NCBI RefSeq assembly: GCF_030684315.1
Contig: NC_081356.1
Span: 22,655,197 to 22,719,196, forward strand
Direction: 5' to 3'
DNA length: 64,000 bases
DNA from: Stegostoma tigrinum
Lineage: Eukaryota
The translations under genes were made by a program, and so were the position numbers. Every line of letters starts with the position of its first letter. Positions within the stretch are counted from its first letter, which is position 1. The notes under the pieces are model-generated. The model was not told the origin of the DNA. It was given only the letters and a program-made list of their open reading frames with translations, and did not search any database. Shown here piece after piece: positions 50,649 to 63,480 of this stretch.

Positions 50649-50864
50649 AAAGTTGTAACATCAAACAGATGCAAAGTAGAAACTGGGAGAATGTGTAGTC
50701 CTCTGGAAATTGGGTGTGAGCAAGTGAAATCCTTAACAAGTGGGGCCAAAGTAGACCATTCAGCACATGGAGGACTGAGATTGGCAGAGCAGACTCAAAT
50801 TCCATTTTCAAGTTTTAATCCCCATAATCCTGAGGCTGAGATAAGGAATCAACAGCCCTGACTG

Positions 50865-51170
50865 GTTAGGAAGTCCATAGATTCATTGCCCTCAGAAGAA
50901 ATTCCTCTTCATCTGTGTTGTAACTGGGCAACCCCTTTGAGATTATGCCCTCTAGTCTGACATTGTTCCACAAGGGGTAGGGGGACCGACTCAACCTCTC
51001 CTCATAAGAAAATCGATACATACCCAGGATCAGTCTAGTCAACCTTACTGCCTCAAATGCCACTGTTTTTCTTTAGATGAGAAGACCAAAACTTCATGGA
51101 ATTCTTGGTACAGTTTGATTAGTGCTTTGTATAGTTTTAGCAAGACCTCACTGCTTTTATATTCCCTTTT
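50865..51170 (-). mobile_element. Degenerate CR1 fragment
   Basis: EYKSSEVLLKLYKALIK and SYEERLSR. Confidence 0.75.
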
Positions 51171-51339
51171 AAATAATGACCACCCAGTAACTGAAATAAG
51201 CCCACTGATTCTAGTGAATGTTACAAGATAGCCCCTCCCTAAAGAGAACATTGAAGGTAGGCAGATATGAGATGGACTGTAAGAAAGTGGGAAAAGAATG
51301 AAAATTGGAAGCAAAGTTTAAAACGTTTTCCAGTTCTGT

Positions 51340-51550
51340 CTTCAATACTGGAGTTCTGCAACACCTGGGACAGAGCAGCCCCACTTGATAGCCAACCTCT
51401 TCTTTCAATATTCACTCCATCCTGCCATAAGTGCAAAGTGGCATTGCACAATTCAACAAGGCTCCTTAGACAGTATCTTCCAAATCTACAATCTTTAATC
51501 ATTTGGAAGTAGAGGGGCAGCAGACAAATGAATACTACCAATAATGAATT
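51340..51550 (+). mobile_element. L2/CR1-clade LINE fragment
   Basis: Similar to 30740-30950 (CTCCTTAGACAGTATCTTCCAAA...AGGGGCAGCAGA). Confidence 0.6.
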
Positions 51551-54500
51551 TCTTTTCCCATGCAGTACATGACAAATATTATTTCTTCTTTCACTGGTTC
51601 AGCCATTCACCTGTCTGTAATACATTCTGATTATTAACCCCAAACACAAGCCCCAACCTGTAATGATGAGGGAAGAGGTAATAATTACCCCGAAACACAG
51701 AAGCTCACCTTTCCCCTCAATCAGTTAAAAGTATGGTTAAAAAAATCCCTGAGCTCCATTTTCTAAATAACTATCAACAGTTTATTCATTTAATCCCAAC
51801 ACTGAACAAGTGAACCGAATTACTAGCAAACTGAACAATTACCCCCTTAGACCACCAACTACTTCTTAGCTAGCCTAAATTCTACTAGAATGTGTTCAAC
51901 TAAACACAAGCCCCATTTGTAATAAACCCAATCAATAAGACAACAATAAATGGAAACCTAATCTCTCCAATTTCATACAGAATGTGTCTTCTAGAAAGTT
52001 CCAGCTTTTCTGTTGATCATCTGTCATAAACACCTTTCTTCTGATGATTCTGCTGTCTTGGCTATTTCTCTCTAATTTCTTCGATGAGGTCTTTGAGCAA
52101 AAATGCCACGGTACCTTCGAGGAGTCTTTTCAGAGAGCCCAATAATGTAATTTAAGAGCCAGATTTGTTTCTCAAATGGTGGGACTTGCTTTTGCTGCAG
52201 CTGAAGCTTGGCTCTCCTCTCAGATGGCAGTTGGCTCTCTGATTTTCCAAATGCCCTCATCTTTATACCCATAATGGCATAATAGTATATATTACATAAG
52301 ATTGTTTCTATGTTGTCAACATCAGTTTTTAAATTCAATTGGGTTTGAATGCCTGAGTGCTTGGTTTAAATTTATTGGCCAAATTCAAACTGGTCATCGT
52401 TTTTTTTAAAAAAAACAATGCTGCTTGACCTCTCAATATAAATGTTTCAATTTTTAGATATTTTCTGTACTGGCACCCTCCAGCTGCTGCTCAGTTTTTT
52501 TTTAAATCTGAGCACAGGAAAAGCACCTTTTTTTAAAAAGGCACAACACACTGCTTTTCCCTGCACTATCATTTTTAACCAATAAATTCCAGCTTCCTGC
52601 TTTCTAATTCATGACTATTCCACCCAACTTTCTAACAACTGTCACTGGGAGAAACAGGTGATCACCTTACCTAACCATATATTTACAATGCAAACTACAG
52701 TAGTTCATGAAGGTGAGTCACTACCAGCTTCTCAAGGGCATCTTGGATGACCAATAAATGTCACCTTGATGGGTGAATGCTGAATCCTGTCAATTAATAC
52801 AGAAAAACTGCCAAGATTCCAAATTCTGAAAATAAAAAGATGGTAAAAGTTCCATATTGAATGATGAGAGGTGTTTGTTCAGTAAATATACAGATTTACA
52901 CACTGTATAATCTGTATGGTGTCTCGTGCCCACTGAAGGTATTAGAAAAAGGGATCTGGTGTGCCAGTTCTACAATTCAATCAGATCATAAGCTATTCAT
53001 CTACTTCAACACAATAAAACATGGAGTGAATTCTAGGAGTTTCTCAGACTGCCTCTTATTGAAAGTGGATACCAATGAACTGCTAAAATGACTGCCAAAA
53101 ATTGCATGATCTTTGCTTGTACAACTGTGTATCCCAAGTTTCTGGAAATTTCTTAACCGAGTAATCCTGGGTGGGCATCTTCCTCCGGAACCAGCATGCT
53201 TAAAAGGTAACAACAAATTGCTAGAAAAGCTTAGCACATCTGGCAGCATCAGTAGTGAGAAATCAGAGTTAATGTCTCAGATTCCAGTGACCCTTCCCCA
53301 GAACATGTATTATGGTTTATTCCAAAATAAAGCAATGTTTGCAACCTCTGGAAATTGTACATGTGCACCAATCCAGGAATAAGCATGCACACAATTCCAG
53401 ACAGCACGTTACCACATTAAATGCATGTGCTGTCATTTGCAAAGACCACACCACATACCTTTAAAACTGGGTTCAGTAGCAGGCAAAGACAACATGAGAT
53501 GAAAGGGGATTAGGGATTGGTATGAGGGGCTTAGGGATTCAGGGGAGGGAAGAAACCCCTGGGGAGGATGGGGAGAGGGAGGAAATGGGGATAAATACCC
53601 TGACCCCATTTCTCCCCAACCCTCCCCCGAGCCCCACAAAAAAGGTCCTAGACTATGTGCCCCCAAAACCATTTAAATGCACGTGTATGAATGGAAATGG
53701 TGTATGGCATGCATGCACTGGTGTCCACAAACACAGCTGTCATTATTATGGGATGTTGGTCAGTTTCATCATCCTAGCTTAGTCACTTCCACTGCAGAAC
53801 CACTTAAAAAAAACTTCTGACCTTCCCTGCCAAACGTAATAATAATATTACAGTCCTGAGATTTAAGTGTTTCACTTTCCTTTCTCTATTTCAGCCTGTC
53901 AGACAGGCTGTAGCTATCTGGGTAACTGCACTACAGTATTAGAAATCTGAAACAAGTACCTAAAGTATTGCATGTAAAAGGCACTTTCCACAGGATTGGC
54001 ATTTTCAAATGTATGACTTATTACACCAACAAACCTCATCACTCTTTTAGCTTTTGCATTTGCTTGTTTTTTTTTAAAATATACAAGGGAATAAACCTCA
54101 ACTGGCAAAGGAGAATTTCAATGGAACATTTTGAACAATGATGCTAGTCTTACATGTTCTATTTTAAAGTCTTGTTGATCTGAATTTAGATATTTCCTTG
54201 TATTTTAGCTAAAACTTTAATTTTTCATAAAATCCAAATGTAAAATTTTGTTTCCTCATTGAGAATGTTAGTTATTAAACCAATCTTATATTTGTAATCT
54301 GTAAAACTATTAATAATTCAAATCACATCATGATGGAACTTTTGTTTATTGAACAAACACGTTATTTATTGTGACATTGATTCAGAGGCCACATTTGACC
54401 TTTGCCTGTAGCCAGTCAGCATTCTTGGCATGTTAATATGGCTATGCTCCCCTGACGTAACTATGGCAACTGGTAAGCAGGCAAGATAGATGCCAAAGCC

Positions 54501-54717
54501 GCAAGAGATAATCACCAACAACAATCAGCTCTAAACTGAAGCCAACTGACCTTCAAAGCTATATGCTCTAATGCTGCCAACTATCCAGAGTTGAGGAATA
54601 GCTGTGCAAGGATAACTCCTTAACATTTCAAAAATGATTCAGCCATTTAATCTGACTAATCAAGTACAGCAGCAACCTTGAAGCAATAACTTTCAAGGCG
54701 AATATTAAGTTTGTTCC

Positions 54718-55043
54718 AATATAGAACATAGAAACCCTAGTGTAGAAACAGGCCCTTCGGCCCAACAAGTCCACATCAACCTTCAGAGCATTCCACCCAG
54801 ATTCATCCCCCTCTAACCCACTTAATCTACACATCCCTGAACACTATGGGCAATTTAGAATGGCCAATCCACCTAGCCTGCACATCTTTGGACTGTGGGA
54901 GGAAACCTGAGCACCCAGAAGAAACCCACACAGACATGGAGAGAATATGCAAACTCCACTCAGACAGACAGTCACTCGAGGCTGGAATCGAACCCGGGGT
55001 CCCTGGTGCTGACAGACAGCAGCGGTAACCACTGAGCCACCCC
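54718..55043 (-). mobile_element. HE1-type SINE
   Basis: GGGGTGGCTCAGTGGTTACCGCTGCTG...GGGACCCCGGGTTCGATTCC head; (ATAGAAC)n tail. Confidence 0.88.
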
Positions 55044-55139
55044 TAAATTATTTAAAGTCAGCCAGCTGAGGAAGCACTATTGACAGTATGCATTCCTGAA
55101 AATTGCTAATCAGGATTAGATTTTATATTTTATACAACA

Positions 55140-56385
55140 CAATAGAATACAGCATAGAATGGGCCCTTCGGCCCACCAAGCCTGGACTATTCCTATTCCT
55201 TATTCAGACTGGCCACCTATTACCCATGTGTGAAACCTATCCCTCTGCTCTCTTCCTGTTTCCTGTATCGTTCAAGATACACCTTAAAATGTTGCTAACA
55301 TGCCTGCTTCCTTCACCTCCACTTGCAGTGCATCCCAGGCACCCACCACCCTGCGTGAAAAGTTTCCCTGCACTTCTACCCTAAATTTTCCCCACTCACC
55401 TTGAACCTGTGTTCTCTTGTAGTTGACCTTTCCACCCTGGCAAAAAGCCTCTAAACTATCCACCTTATCTGTGACTCCAATCTTGTTAACCTCAGGTTGC
55501 ACCTGACCCCCCCCCCCCCCCACCCCCTCCAAGCTTCCATCTTTCCAGTGGAACAATCAGTTCATCCAACTTCTCCTCATAACTAAAACTCTCCAGACAA
55601 CATACTGGTAAAGCTCTGCAACCTTTCCAAAGCATGCACATCCTTCTGGTCATGTGGCAACCAGAACTGAATGCAATATTCCAAACCATGGCCTGACTAA
55701 AGTTTTGTACAGCTGTAACATAACATACTAACATTTATATTCGATGCCCCAGCCAGTGAAGACAAGCATGCTGTATGCCTTCTTGACTTGCTTATCCACC
55801 TGTGTTGCCACTTTCAGGGATCTGTGGATCTGTACACCCAGATCCCTCTGTATGTACACTAAGGTTTCTGTCATTTATTGTATAATTTGCACCAGAATTG
55901 ATCTTCCAAAATGCATCACCTTGCATTTGTCTGGATTAAACACCATGCCATTTTTCTGCCCAAATCTGCAATCTGTATCCTGCTCGAACTTTTGGAAATC
56001 CTTCTCACTATCTACAACTCTGCCAAATTTTGGTGTCAACCACACACTTAATCAGACCAGTTACATTTTCATCCAAATCATTTACATATTAGAAACAAAG
56101 GTGTCAGCACTGATTCCTGCAGACCACTAGATCCTGACCCCATATTCCAAAAAGCACGCTTCCACTGCTACTGTGTGTCTTCTATGACCAAGCCAGTTTT
56201 GTATCTGTCTGGCCAGCTCACTGCAGATTCCATGAGATTCTACCTTCTGTATTAGGCTGCCGTGAAGTACCTATGAAATGCCTTACTAAAGTTTATGTAA
56301 ACAACATCTACTGCCCTTCCCTCAATCATTCTTGTAATATTCTTGAGAAACTCAATCAAGTTGGTGAGACATGATCACAATCAGG
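55140..56385 (-). mobile_element. Degenerate CR1 fragment (RT to 3' end)
   Basis: NFSRRVVGAWDAL and SYEEKL; nucleotide similarity to 23140-24250. Confidence 0.8.
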
Positions 56386-56439
56386 CAGTGTCTGAGGCAA
56401 AGCCGTACAGACAGATCACAGCTCGCAAAGGATGTATAG

Positions 56440-57190
56440 ATCAAAAAAGACTTAGACATATGGGTTACATTATTTGAGGCTAGAGTCCATTCAACAGTTT
56501 GATAGGCTGGGAAGACACTGTACCTGAACTTGCATTTGCATGTGTTCAGGCTTCTGTATCTTCTGCCTGTCAGAAGAGTTTGGAGGGAGGAGGTCATTAC
56601 CAGGGTGTGATGGGTCCTGGGTGATGTTGGCTGCCTTTCCACAGCAGTGAGCCATGTAAGTAGAGTCCATGGATGGAAGGCTGGCTTTGGTGATGGTCTG
56701 GGTTGTGCACACCACCTTCTGTAGTTTATGGTCCAGGCAGAACAATTGCCCTACCAGGCCATTATGCACCCAGGCAGCCTACTTTCAATGGTGCATCTGT
56801 AGAAGCTGGTGAAGGTCCTTATGAACGTACCAAATTTCCTGACTGCCTCAAGAAGACGCATTATTGTGCCTGTTTGACTCGCATTTATATGGGGAGTCCA
56901 TGGCACATCTGTTATTGTCACTCTGCGGAACGTAACCGTCTTCACTCTCTCAACCTCAATTCTGTTGATGTAGATGGGGATGTGTTCTCTTCCTTTCTTT
57001 CTGAAAAGAATGATCAGTTTAGTTTTGCTGACGTTGAGACAGATTGCACCACGTCACCAAGCCCTCCATTTCCCTTCTATGTTTGATGCGTCGTTGTTAG
57101 ATACCCGGCCACCATGGTGATGTCACCAGCAAACTTGTAGGTGGCATTTACACAGAATTTGGCAACAGAGTCGTAAGTGTATAGGGAGCC
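56440..57190 (-). mobile_element. Rex1/Babar-type LINE 3' fragment
   Basis: FYRCTIES.L.GCI.AW, KLQKVVCT.QTIT...LPSMD..Y...C..KAANI.QDPSHPG and TGRRYRSL. Confidence 0.8.
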
Positions 57191-57409
57191 CCCCTGCCAA
57201 TGAGACCACATTGTGAGCAGCAAGCAGCAAATGCAATAGACTAGATTCAGAGAGGTAAATTGCTGTTTTTTAAATTCATATACAGGACGTGGGCATTGCT
57301 GGATAGACTAGCATTTATTGCCCATTGCTAGTTACCTAGAGGGTAGTTAAGAGTCACATGTAATCCAGATCAAGTAAAGACGGCAGTTTCCTTTCCTGGT
57401 GGGCATGCT

Positions 57410-57880
57410 TCACCTAGAAAGCATGTCTGGAGCCTTGGACAGTGAAGAGAGACAAGTGTAAATGGGCAGGCATTACACCTTCTGAGATGGCATATGGGAG
57501 GTACTGTGGGGTGCTGGGAGGTGTTAGGATTGGATGAAGAGTGGATCGGGGCATCCTAGAGAGAATAGTCCCTGCAGAATGCTGACGAGGGAGGGGTGGA
57601 GACTATGTGCTGCTAGAGGTGGTGGAAATATTAGCTCATGATCCTTCAGATGCAGAGGCTGGTGGGATGGTAAGTGAGGACTAGCGCAACCTGATGTGGG
57701 AGGGAAGAAAAGAGGGAGGGTCAAAATGCAAGAGGAGATGAGCCAGCCACATCTGAAGGCCTTGTCAACGATGGTAGCGAAGAATCCTCAGCAGAGGGAG
57801 AATGTGGAGAATGAGGGCTCCCTGCAGAAGGTGGTATCGTCAGAATAGGTGCAATGGAGATGGAGAAACTGGAAGAACAT
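57410..57880 (-). mobile_element. Degenerate PLE internal fragment
   Basis: Colinear resemblance to 41220-41700 of the intronic PLE. Confidence 0.55.
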
Positions 57881-58446
57881 GCAACATCGCATCATAGAAA
57901 ATCACTTTATAGAAATAATGGGGCCTGTGGGAATTGTGGAGTTAAGGACAAATTACCAAAAATATCTCTCAAAAGCCTAAGACAAACGATAAGACAGTTT
58001 GAATAGATGTTTAATTCATATCTAATAATAAAAGTAAATTTAACATCTTACCTTGAAAAAAATGACACAATGACTTGATGGGAAGAGGTTTTTATGTAGC
58101 TATTGTTAATACAGGGGCTGAAGTTCATCATCACCTTCCTGTGCAGTTGTGGTTGCAGGTTTAGGGTGAAAATAGTTAATTCAGGAGGGGTTGGTTGTGG
58201 TTCACTGTCTTCTGACAGTTTCTTGAGATAGACTTAAAGATATCCAGTTTCTGCTACTTTGCCTTTTTCCTTTCATGAAGGAGCTGATCATCGGGTGCCA
58301 AATTAGATCTTATTCCAGAATTGCTACCCTGCTGCATTCTGCATTGTAATCATTGTCCTCTAGGAGCTGCAACTACTTCTCAATTTCCCCTCAGGATAGA
58401 AGACAAAACAGAAATGGAAAGCTCGGAGGTGCTGCATCCTGAATTT

Positions 58447-59495
58447 CATAAGACCATAAGACATAAGAGTGGAAGTAAGGAATTCGGCCCATCAAGTCCA
58501 CTCCGCCATTTAAATCATGGCTGATGGGCATTTCAACTCCACTTCCCTGCACTCTCCCCGTAGCCCTTGATTCCTTTCGAGATCAAGAATTTGTCGATCT
58601 CTGCCTTGAAGGCATCAAAAGTCCCAGCCTCCACTGTACTCTGCGGCAATGAATTCCACAAGCCCACCACTCTCTGGCTGAAGAAATGTCATCTCATTTC
58701 AGTTTTAAATTTACCCCCTCTAATTTTAAGACTGTGCCCACGGGTCCTAGTCTCCCCACCTAACGAAAACTTCCTAGCGTCCACCCCTTCTAAACCATAG
58801 ATTATCTTGCAAGTTTCTATTAGATCTCCCCTCAACCTTCTAAAATCTAATGAGTACAATGCCAGGATCCTTAGCCGTTCATCATACGTTAAACCTACCA
58901 TTCCAGGGATCATCCGTGTGAATCTCTGCTGGACACGCTCCAGGGCTAGTATGTCCTTCCTGAGGTGTGGGGCCCAAAATTGGACACAGTATTCTAAATG
59001 GGGTCTAACTAGAGCCTTATAAAGCCTCAGAAGCACATTGCTGCTTTTATATTCCAACCCTCTTGAGATAAACGACAACCTTACATTTGCTTTCTTAATT
59101 ATGGACTCTACCTGCAAGTTAACCTTTAGAGAACCCTGGACCAACACTCCCAGATCCCTTTGCACTTCTGATTTGCAAATTTTCTCACTGTTTAAAAAAC
59201 TAGTCCATGCCTGTATTCTTTTTTCACAAGTGCAAAACCTCACATTTAATTTCAGCCGCCATTTCCTGGACCACTCTCCTAAACTGTCTAAATCTTTCTG
59301 CAGCTTCCCCACCTCCTCAGTACCACCTGCCTGTCCACCTATCTTCGTATCATCGGCAAACTTCACCAGAATGCCCCCAGTCCCTTCATCCAGATCATTA
59401 ATATTTAATATGAACAGCTGTGGCCCCAACACTGAACCCTGCAGGACACCACTCGTCACTAATTGCCATTCCGAAAAAGAGCCTTTTATCCCAAT
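58447..59495 (-). mobile_element. Relatively young CR1 LINE 3' portion (RT C-terminal half)
   Basis: ORF 58689-59459: SGVLQGSVLGPQLF...INDLD...KFADDTK...[19 protein letters not shown]; (CATAAGA)n tail. Confidence 0.95.
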
Positions 59496-59529
59496 CTTTT
59501 ATCTTTCATCTCCAGCTTCCGCTTCCCCC

Positions 59530-60070
59530 CTCAGCGACAAGTTGCTGTGATCAGTTGTAAGAGGTCTTCACTTGAGGCCATTGCATACTCCTTGTCTGCA
59601 TTGGCAGCTTCACCATTTTATGTTATGTAAAGCATAGTGGTTGTTAAAACCAGCAAACCAGCCACCACTAATACTAAAGGTAGGCACATCTGCAGGATTT
59701 TCAGTGTTTTTTGCTAGATTTTCATAAATCGATAATGCTTTCTCTTTTATGGTGAGGAAAAAAAAGTGATCCCAGATTGCTTTTTCCTTTGATCTACTAT
59801 CCACACACTTAGAAGCTGCTTCATCTCCTCAGATTCCTTTGGCCATGATCTCAGATTTGCTCGCTATCAGACTTGTTCCAGCAATACAGCATCTCCCGAT
59901 TTCCTCCTCCCCTCTTTACTGCAATGCCTCTAATGGTACGTAAGTTAGATTCCTTTATTTCTATCATTCAAACTATCATTTTCTGTCATTACACTCAAAA
60001 AAAAACTCGATAACATCTAGCTTCTCTTCCAGTGTTACAGACTTTCTTTCACATTCACCACCTGCAATTT
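59530..60070 (-). mobile_element. Tigger/pogo DNA transposon remnant (CENP-B-type HTH region)
   Basis: RKSVTLEEKLDVIE, then IKEKALSIYENL...FSISGGWFAGFNNHY. Confidence 0.8.
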
Positions 60071-60454
60071 TAATCACCAGGATGCATCTTGCTAACATTT
60101 TTGTCACTTTGTCCTTGCATTTTTGTGGGAAACATGGCAGAATTTGTAAAACAAAACCATGCAATACTGTACCTCTCACAGAAAGCACTTCACAACAATA
60201 TCTGCAAAATGATCATATGATGCTGGTGCAGACACACTTTCAGTGCTAACACTGAACATATTCAGGACAAAACCTGCGAAATGATCATGTGATGTCAACA
60301 CATACTCCTGAGCATCGATGGAATTGCATTATATCCAACACAAGTTCGTATTTCAGAATTAGCAATCCTCTTCATCAGTTGCATTATGGCCAATTTGTAT
60401 TGCTGGAACACACGATAGCAGAACAGACTGGGTAGTCCTGACAGGAAGCAGGGT

Positions 60455-61075
60455 CATAGATAGAAACATAGAAGATAGACACAGAAAGAGGCCACATGGC
60501 CCTTTGAGCCTTCTCTGCCATTCTTTATGATTCCAGCTGATTGAGTTGGACAATCACCTCATCCTACTTTCTCCCCATAACCTTTGATCCCATTCGCCAC
60601 AAGTGCTGTATCTAATCACCTCTTGAATACATTCAGTGTTTTCACATCAACTGCTTCCTGTGGTAATGCATTCCACAGGTTTACCACTCTTTTGGCAAAG
60701 AAACATCTCATCTCCTTCCTAATTGGTCTACACCGAATCCTCTCAGTGACCCTTTGTTCTAGATACTCCCACCATCAGTAACATCCTCCCTGCATGTACC
60801 CTTCCCAGTCCTGTTAGAATCTTGTAAGTTTCTACAAAATCCCCTGATTTATCGGAATACAATCCCAACCTCATCAATCTCTCCTCATACATCACACCCA
60901 CCGTCCCCAGAATCAGCCTGGTAAACCTGCGTGTACTCCCTCAACAGCAAGAGCATCCATCTTCAGAAAAGGAGATTGCACACAATATTCTAGGTGTAGC
61001 CTCACTAAAGCCCTGTACAACACACCCCTGGCTCTTGTACTCGCACCCGCTCAACAATGAAGGCCAATAGTAACT
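60455..61075 (-). mobile_element. CR1 3' fragment
   Basis: Matches other CR1 tails (GCATTCCACAGGTTTACCACTCT; ATATTCTAGGTGTAGCCTCACTAAAGCCCTGTACAA). Confidence 0.8.
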
Positions 61076-61160
61076 ACTAGAGCAGGTGGGCTTGTAATGG
61101 ATATTGACAGCCGACCTCATCCCTAGAAATCGACACACAGATATGGAGAAAGTGAAGCGA

Positions 61161-61189
61161 GGAGTGGAGTGGAGTGGAGTGGAGTAGAG
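61161..61189. repeat. (GGAGT)n microsatellite
   Basis: GGAGT x5 plus AGAGT. Confidence 0.85.
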
Positions 61190-61299
61190 TCAAAGATGAA
61201 CCAGCTGAAGCAAGACAGGAGGACGGAAACCGAAGGTGAACTTCACTTCTTGGGGGGAGGAAAAAACATTCAATTCCAGACGAGAAGCAGAAGACCACA

Positions 61300-61905
61300 G
61301 TGCAACCAGAGCGCCTTATAATTGGCTGCTGATGGAATAAACCGGGTGGTGATTGGGTGCGGCGGGAACGACGTTGTGATTGGTGAAGCGGGGAGCAGGG
61401 TTGTAATTGGCGGAGGAGGAGCCCGGATTTAATTGGCGGATCGGGACCTGCTTGTGAATAGATGAGCGGTAGAGCGCGTAGGGTTATGGTTGGAGAAGCG
61501 ACTCAGACGTCGGGTTATGATTGGCTGAGCGGTACGAGGCGGCGACACGAAGGTGTGTGAAACAACAAACGCGTTTCTGATTCGTCGAGCAGGAGCAGGT
61601 TTGTGACCGGCGGAGCAGACACGGAGTTGCGATTGGCTAAACGGAGGGGCGCCTTTATTACGATTGGCGAAGTGGTCCGGAGGCTGATCATGGGCTGTGT
61701 AGTGATTGGTCAAAGCCGTGCAGGCGCTAGGTTGTGATTGGCTGAAGTTACGGTGCGGGTGGCAGCGCAGTTCGTTTTTGTCTGTTCGCGCGCTGTCAGC
61801 GGAAAACCGTTCAAGATGGAGGCGGGAGAGTAAGAATGTTAAAGTAGAGAGAGAGAGAAAATCTGTTAGAGCGTGTGAGTTACAGAGAGCTGGGTCTGAG
61901 GAACC
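61300..61905 (+). promoter_or_regulatory. HAUS6: HAUS6 CpG-island promoter/5' UTR with an array of CCAAT boxes
   Basis: High CpG content; ten ATTGG motifs; E2F-like GGCGGGA and TTCGCGCG; CHR-variant TTCAAG 61810-61815; YY1-like CAAGATGG. Confidence 0.75.
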
Positions 61906-62042
61906 ATGGCCAGCTCTGGGCCCGGCCCCTGGAGGAAGGAACGCCTTTGGAGTGGGCTGTTGGCGCTGGGCTTCAACCCGCCCCGGGATGAGGCCCGCCC
62001 GGGGCCGAGTAGCGCCGGGAGAAACCGCGTCGTCTTCGGCAG
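61906..62042 (+). CDS. HAUS6: HAUS augmin-like complex subunit 6, coding exon 1
   Basis: ACCATGG Kozak. MASSGPGPWRKERLWSGLLALGFNP resembles human EKEHLWMYLQALGFEP. Donor AG|gtatga. Conserved position downstream of PLIN2. Confidence 0.9.
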
Positions 62043-62258
62043 GTATGAGGTCCTGGGACTCGACCCGTGGCTGGGCCTGTTGGCGGAACCATTCCACGCC
62101 CCCCCCCACCACGACTCCCCTCTCTTTACCTGGTTCACATTCAGGGGATTGCTTCCCGTGCACTGTTGTTAATGGGTAGCTGGTGGACATCAGTTGGGAC
62201 TCGCCTGAAGTATCAGTGTGAACAATAACGATCGCGTTCTGTTCTTCCACCCGATCAG

Positions 62259-62354
62259 GGATATGTTTGACAAACCGAGCATGGAAGCATTTCAAGTCGT
62301 CGTGCATTTCTTGTTCCTGCAATTGGACCACAATCGGGCCAGTTCTCTTTTCAG
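62259..62354 (+). CDS. HAUS6: HAUS6 coding exon 2 (gene continues beyond the window)
   Basis: atcag|(R)DMFDKPSMEAFQVVVHFLFLQLDHNRASSLF AG|gtaagc resembles human NMFDKLNRDAFHIISYFLFQVLD; phases are compatible. Confidence 0.92.
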
Positions 62355-62464
62355 GTAAGCTGAAAGTTTTATTGTTATTGCGATGGCAACTGACTGCAAC
62401 TTTCTGTTCTTTTGGCTTTGGCTCACTGTTTACAACGAAGGTAAAAGTGATAAGGGAAGTTCGA

Positions 62465-63480
62465 TAATTATTCTTGAAATGGGCAGCTGGTTATTGATAG
62501 TTGTCAAAAGCAAAATGTAAGACATGCTTGTTGTAGTTAATGGCGATTTCCCAGCATGGCGCTGGTGCTTTACCTTCAATAATTTTGATTGATAGCTGCT
62601 TTCGTTAGGTATTCCAGGTCTTGTTCCTGGTATGCCCCTTGCAACCTTTATTAAACGAGGGCTGATTGCTTGATGATAGTGATTTAGTGAGGGATGTGCC
62701 AAATTTTGAGGTTACGGTTGAACAAAATTCTGCTTCTGATGGTTGGCAGTGCCTCGTGGATTGCCAGATGAGACGCTGCACCTGTTGAAAATCTGCCCAC
62801 ATTTTTGGATCATGTTCATGCCACTCAATGAGTGACTCCTGCATGCGAAAATGAGATGACTTTTCTTCGAAATATCCATTCACCGATCATTGCATGGACA
62901 GACACATCAGTGATAGGTAGATTGGTGAAAATATACCTAATGGTTTTTCTTTCTCTTCTTAGTGGCTCCCTCCATGTCAGCTCTAAGCCCTGTCTGGTAG
63001 TTATGTCCCTTAGTGCTTGGTCAGTAGTGGTGCTACTAGGGAGCTCTCCGTGATGGGTTTTGAATTTGTGTCCAGCATGCATCGTGACCTCACCACACTG
63101 TTCTTTTTCTAATTTACGTTCAACATGGAGGAGTATGGATTTGTCTGCTGAGGGAGTGCATTATTTGTTAAACAACAGGTCAGCATGCTCATGATTGATC
63201 TACTGCTGTAAAATTTTGGTTGAGTTACCTAGATCAACTCCCTCCTGACTATATGTGTTGCTATGTTACTCCCTCCTCTGAGTCTGTGCTGTCAGTTGGT
63301 CAGGATATATCCAAAGATGGTGTCTTCTGACATTCATTATAAGGTGTGATTTCAGTGAGATTGTCTATCGGGCTATTGCTTGACTAGTTTGTAAGGTGGC
63401 TTTCGCCAGTTATGGTACAAGCCACACCATTGTAAGGAAGGTTTTGCAGGATCAACAGGCTGGGTCTGCTATTTTCATTT
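62465..63480 (-). mobile_element. Degenerate L2/CR1-clade LINE endonuclease region in HAUS6 intron 2
   Basis: DQALRDITTRQGL...TIRYIFTNLP.TDVSVHAMIG and YYHQAIS, APE-like pieces on the minus strand. Confidence 0.6.

Noticed and set aside
51660-52570. Possible solo LTR (begins TGTAATGATG)
   Set aside because: No partner LTR, clear end or TSD could be established by eye.
26240-55043. tRNA-like A/B box sequences
   Set aside because: They are heads of HE1-type SINEs followed by SINE body and tail, not tRNA genes.
3210-59550. Numerous 60-170 aa ORFs such as 3210-3692, 55744-56130 and 59038-59550
   Set aside because: They are antisense or shifted frames of CR1, PLE or SINE repeats.
61429-62331. 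300-aa minus-strand ORF
   Set aside because: It runs antisense across the GC-rich HAUS6 promoter and exons 1-2, has no recognisable domain, and is explained by stop-codon scarcity in a CpG island.
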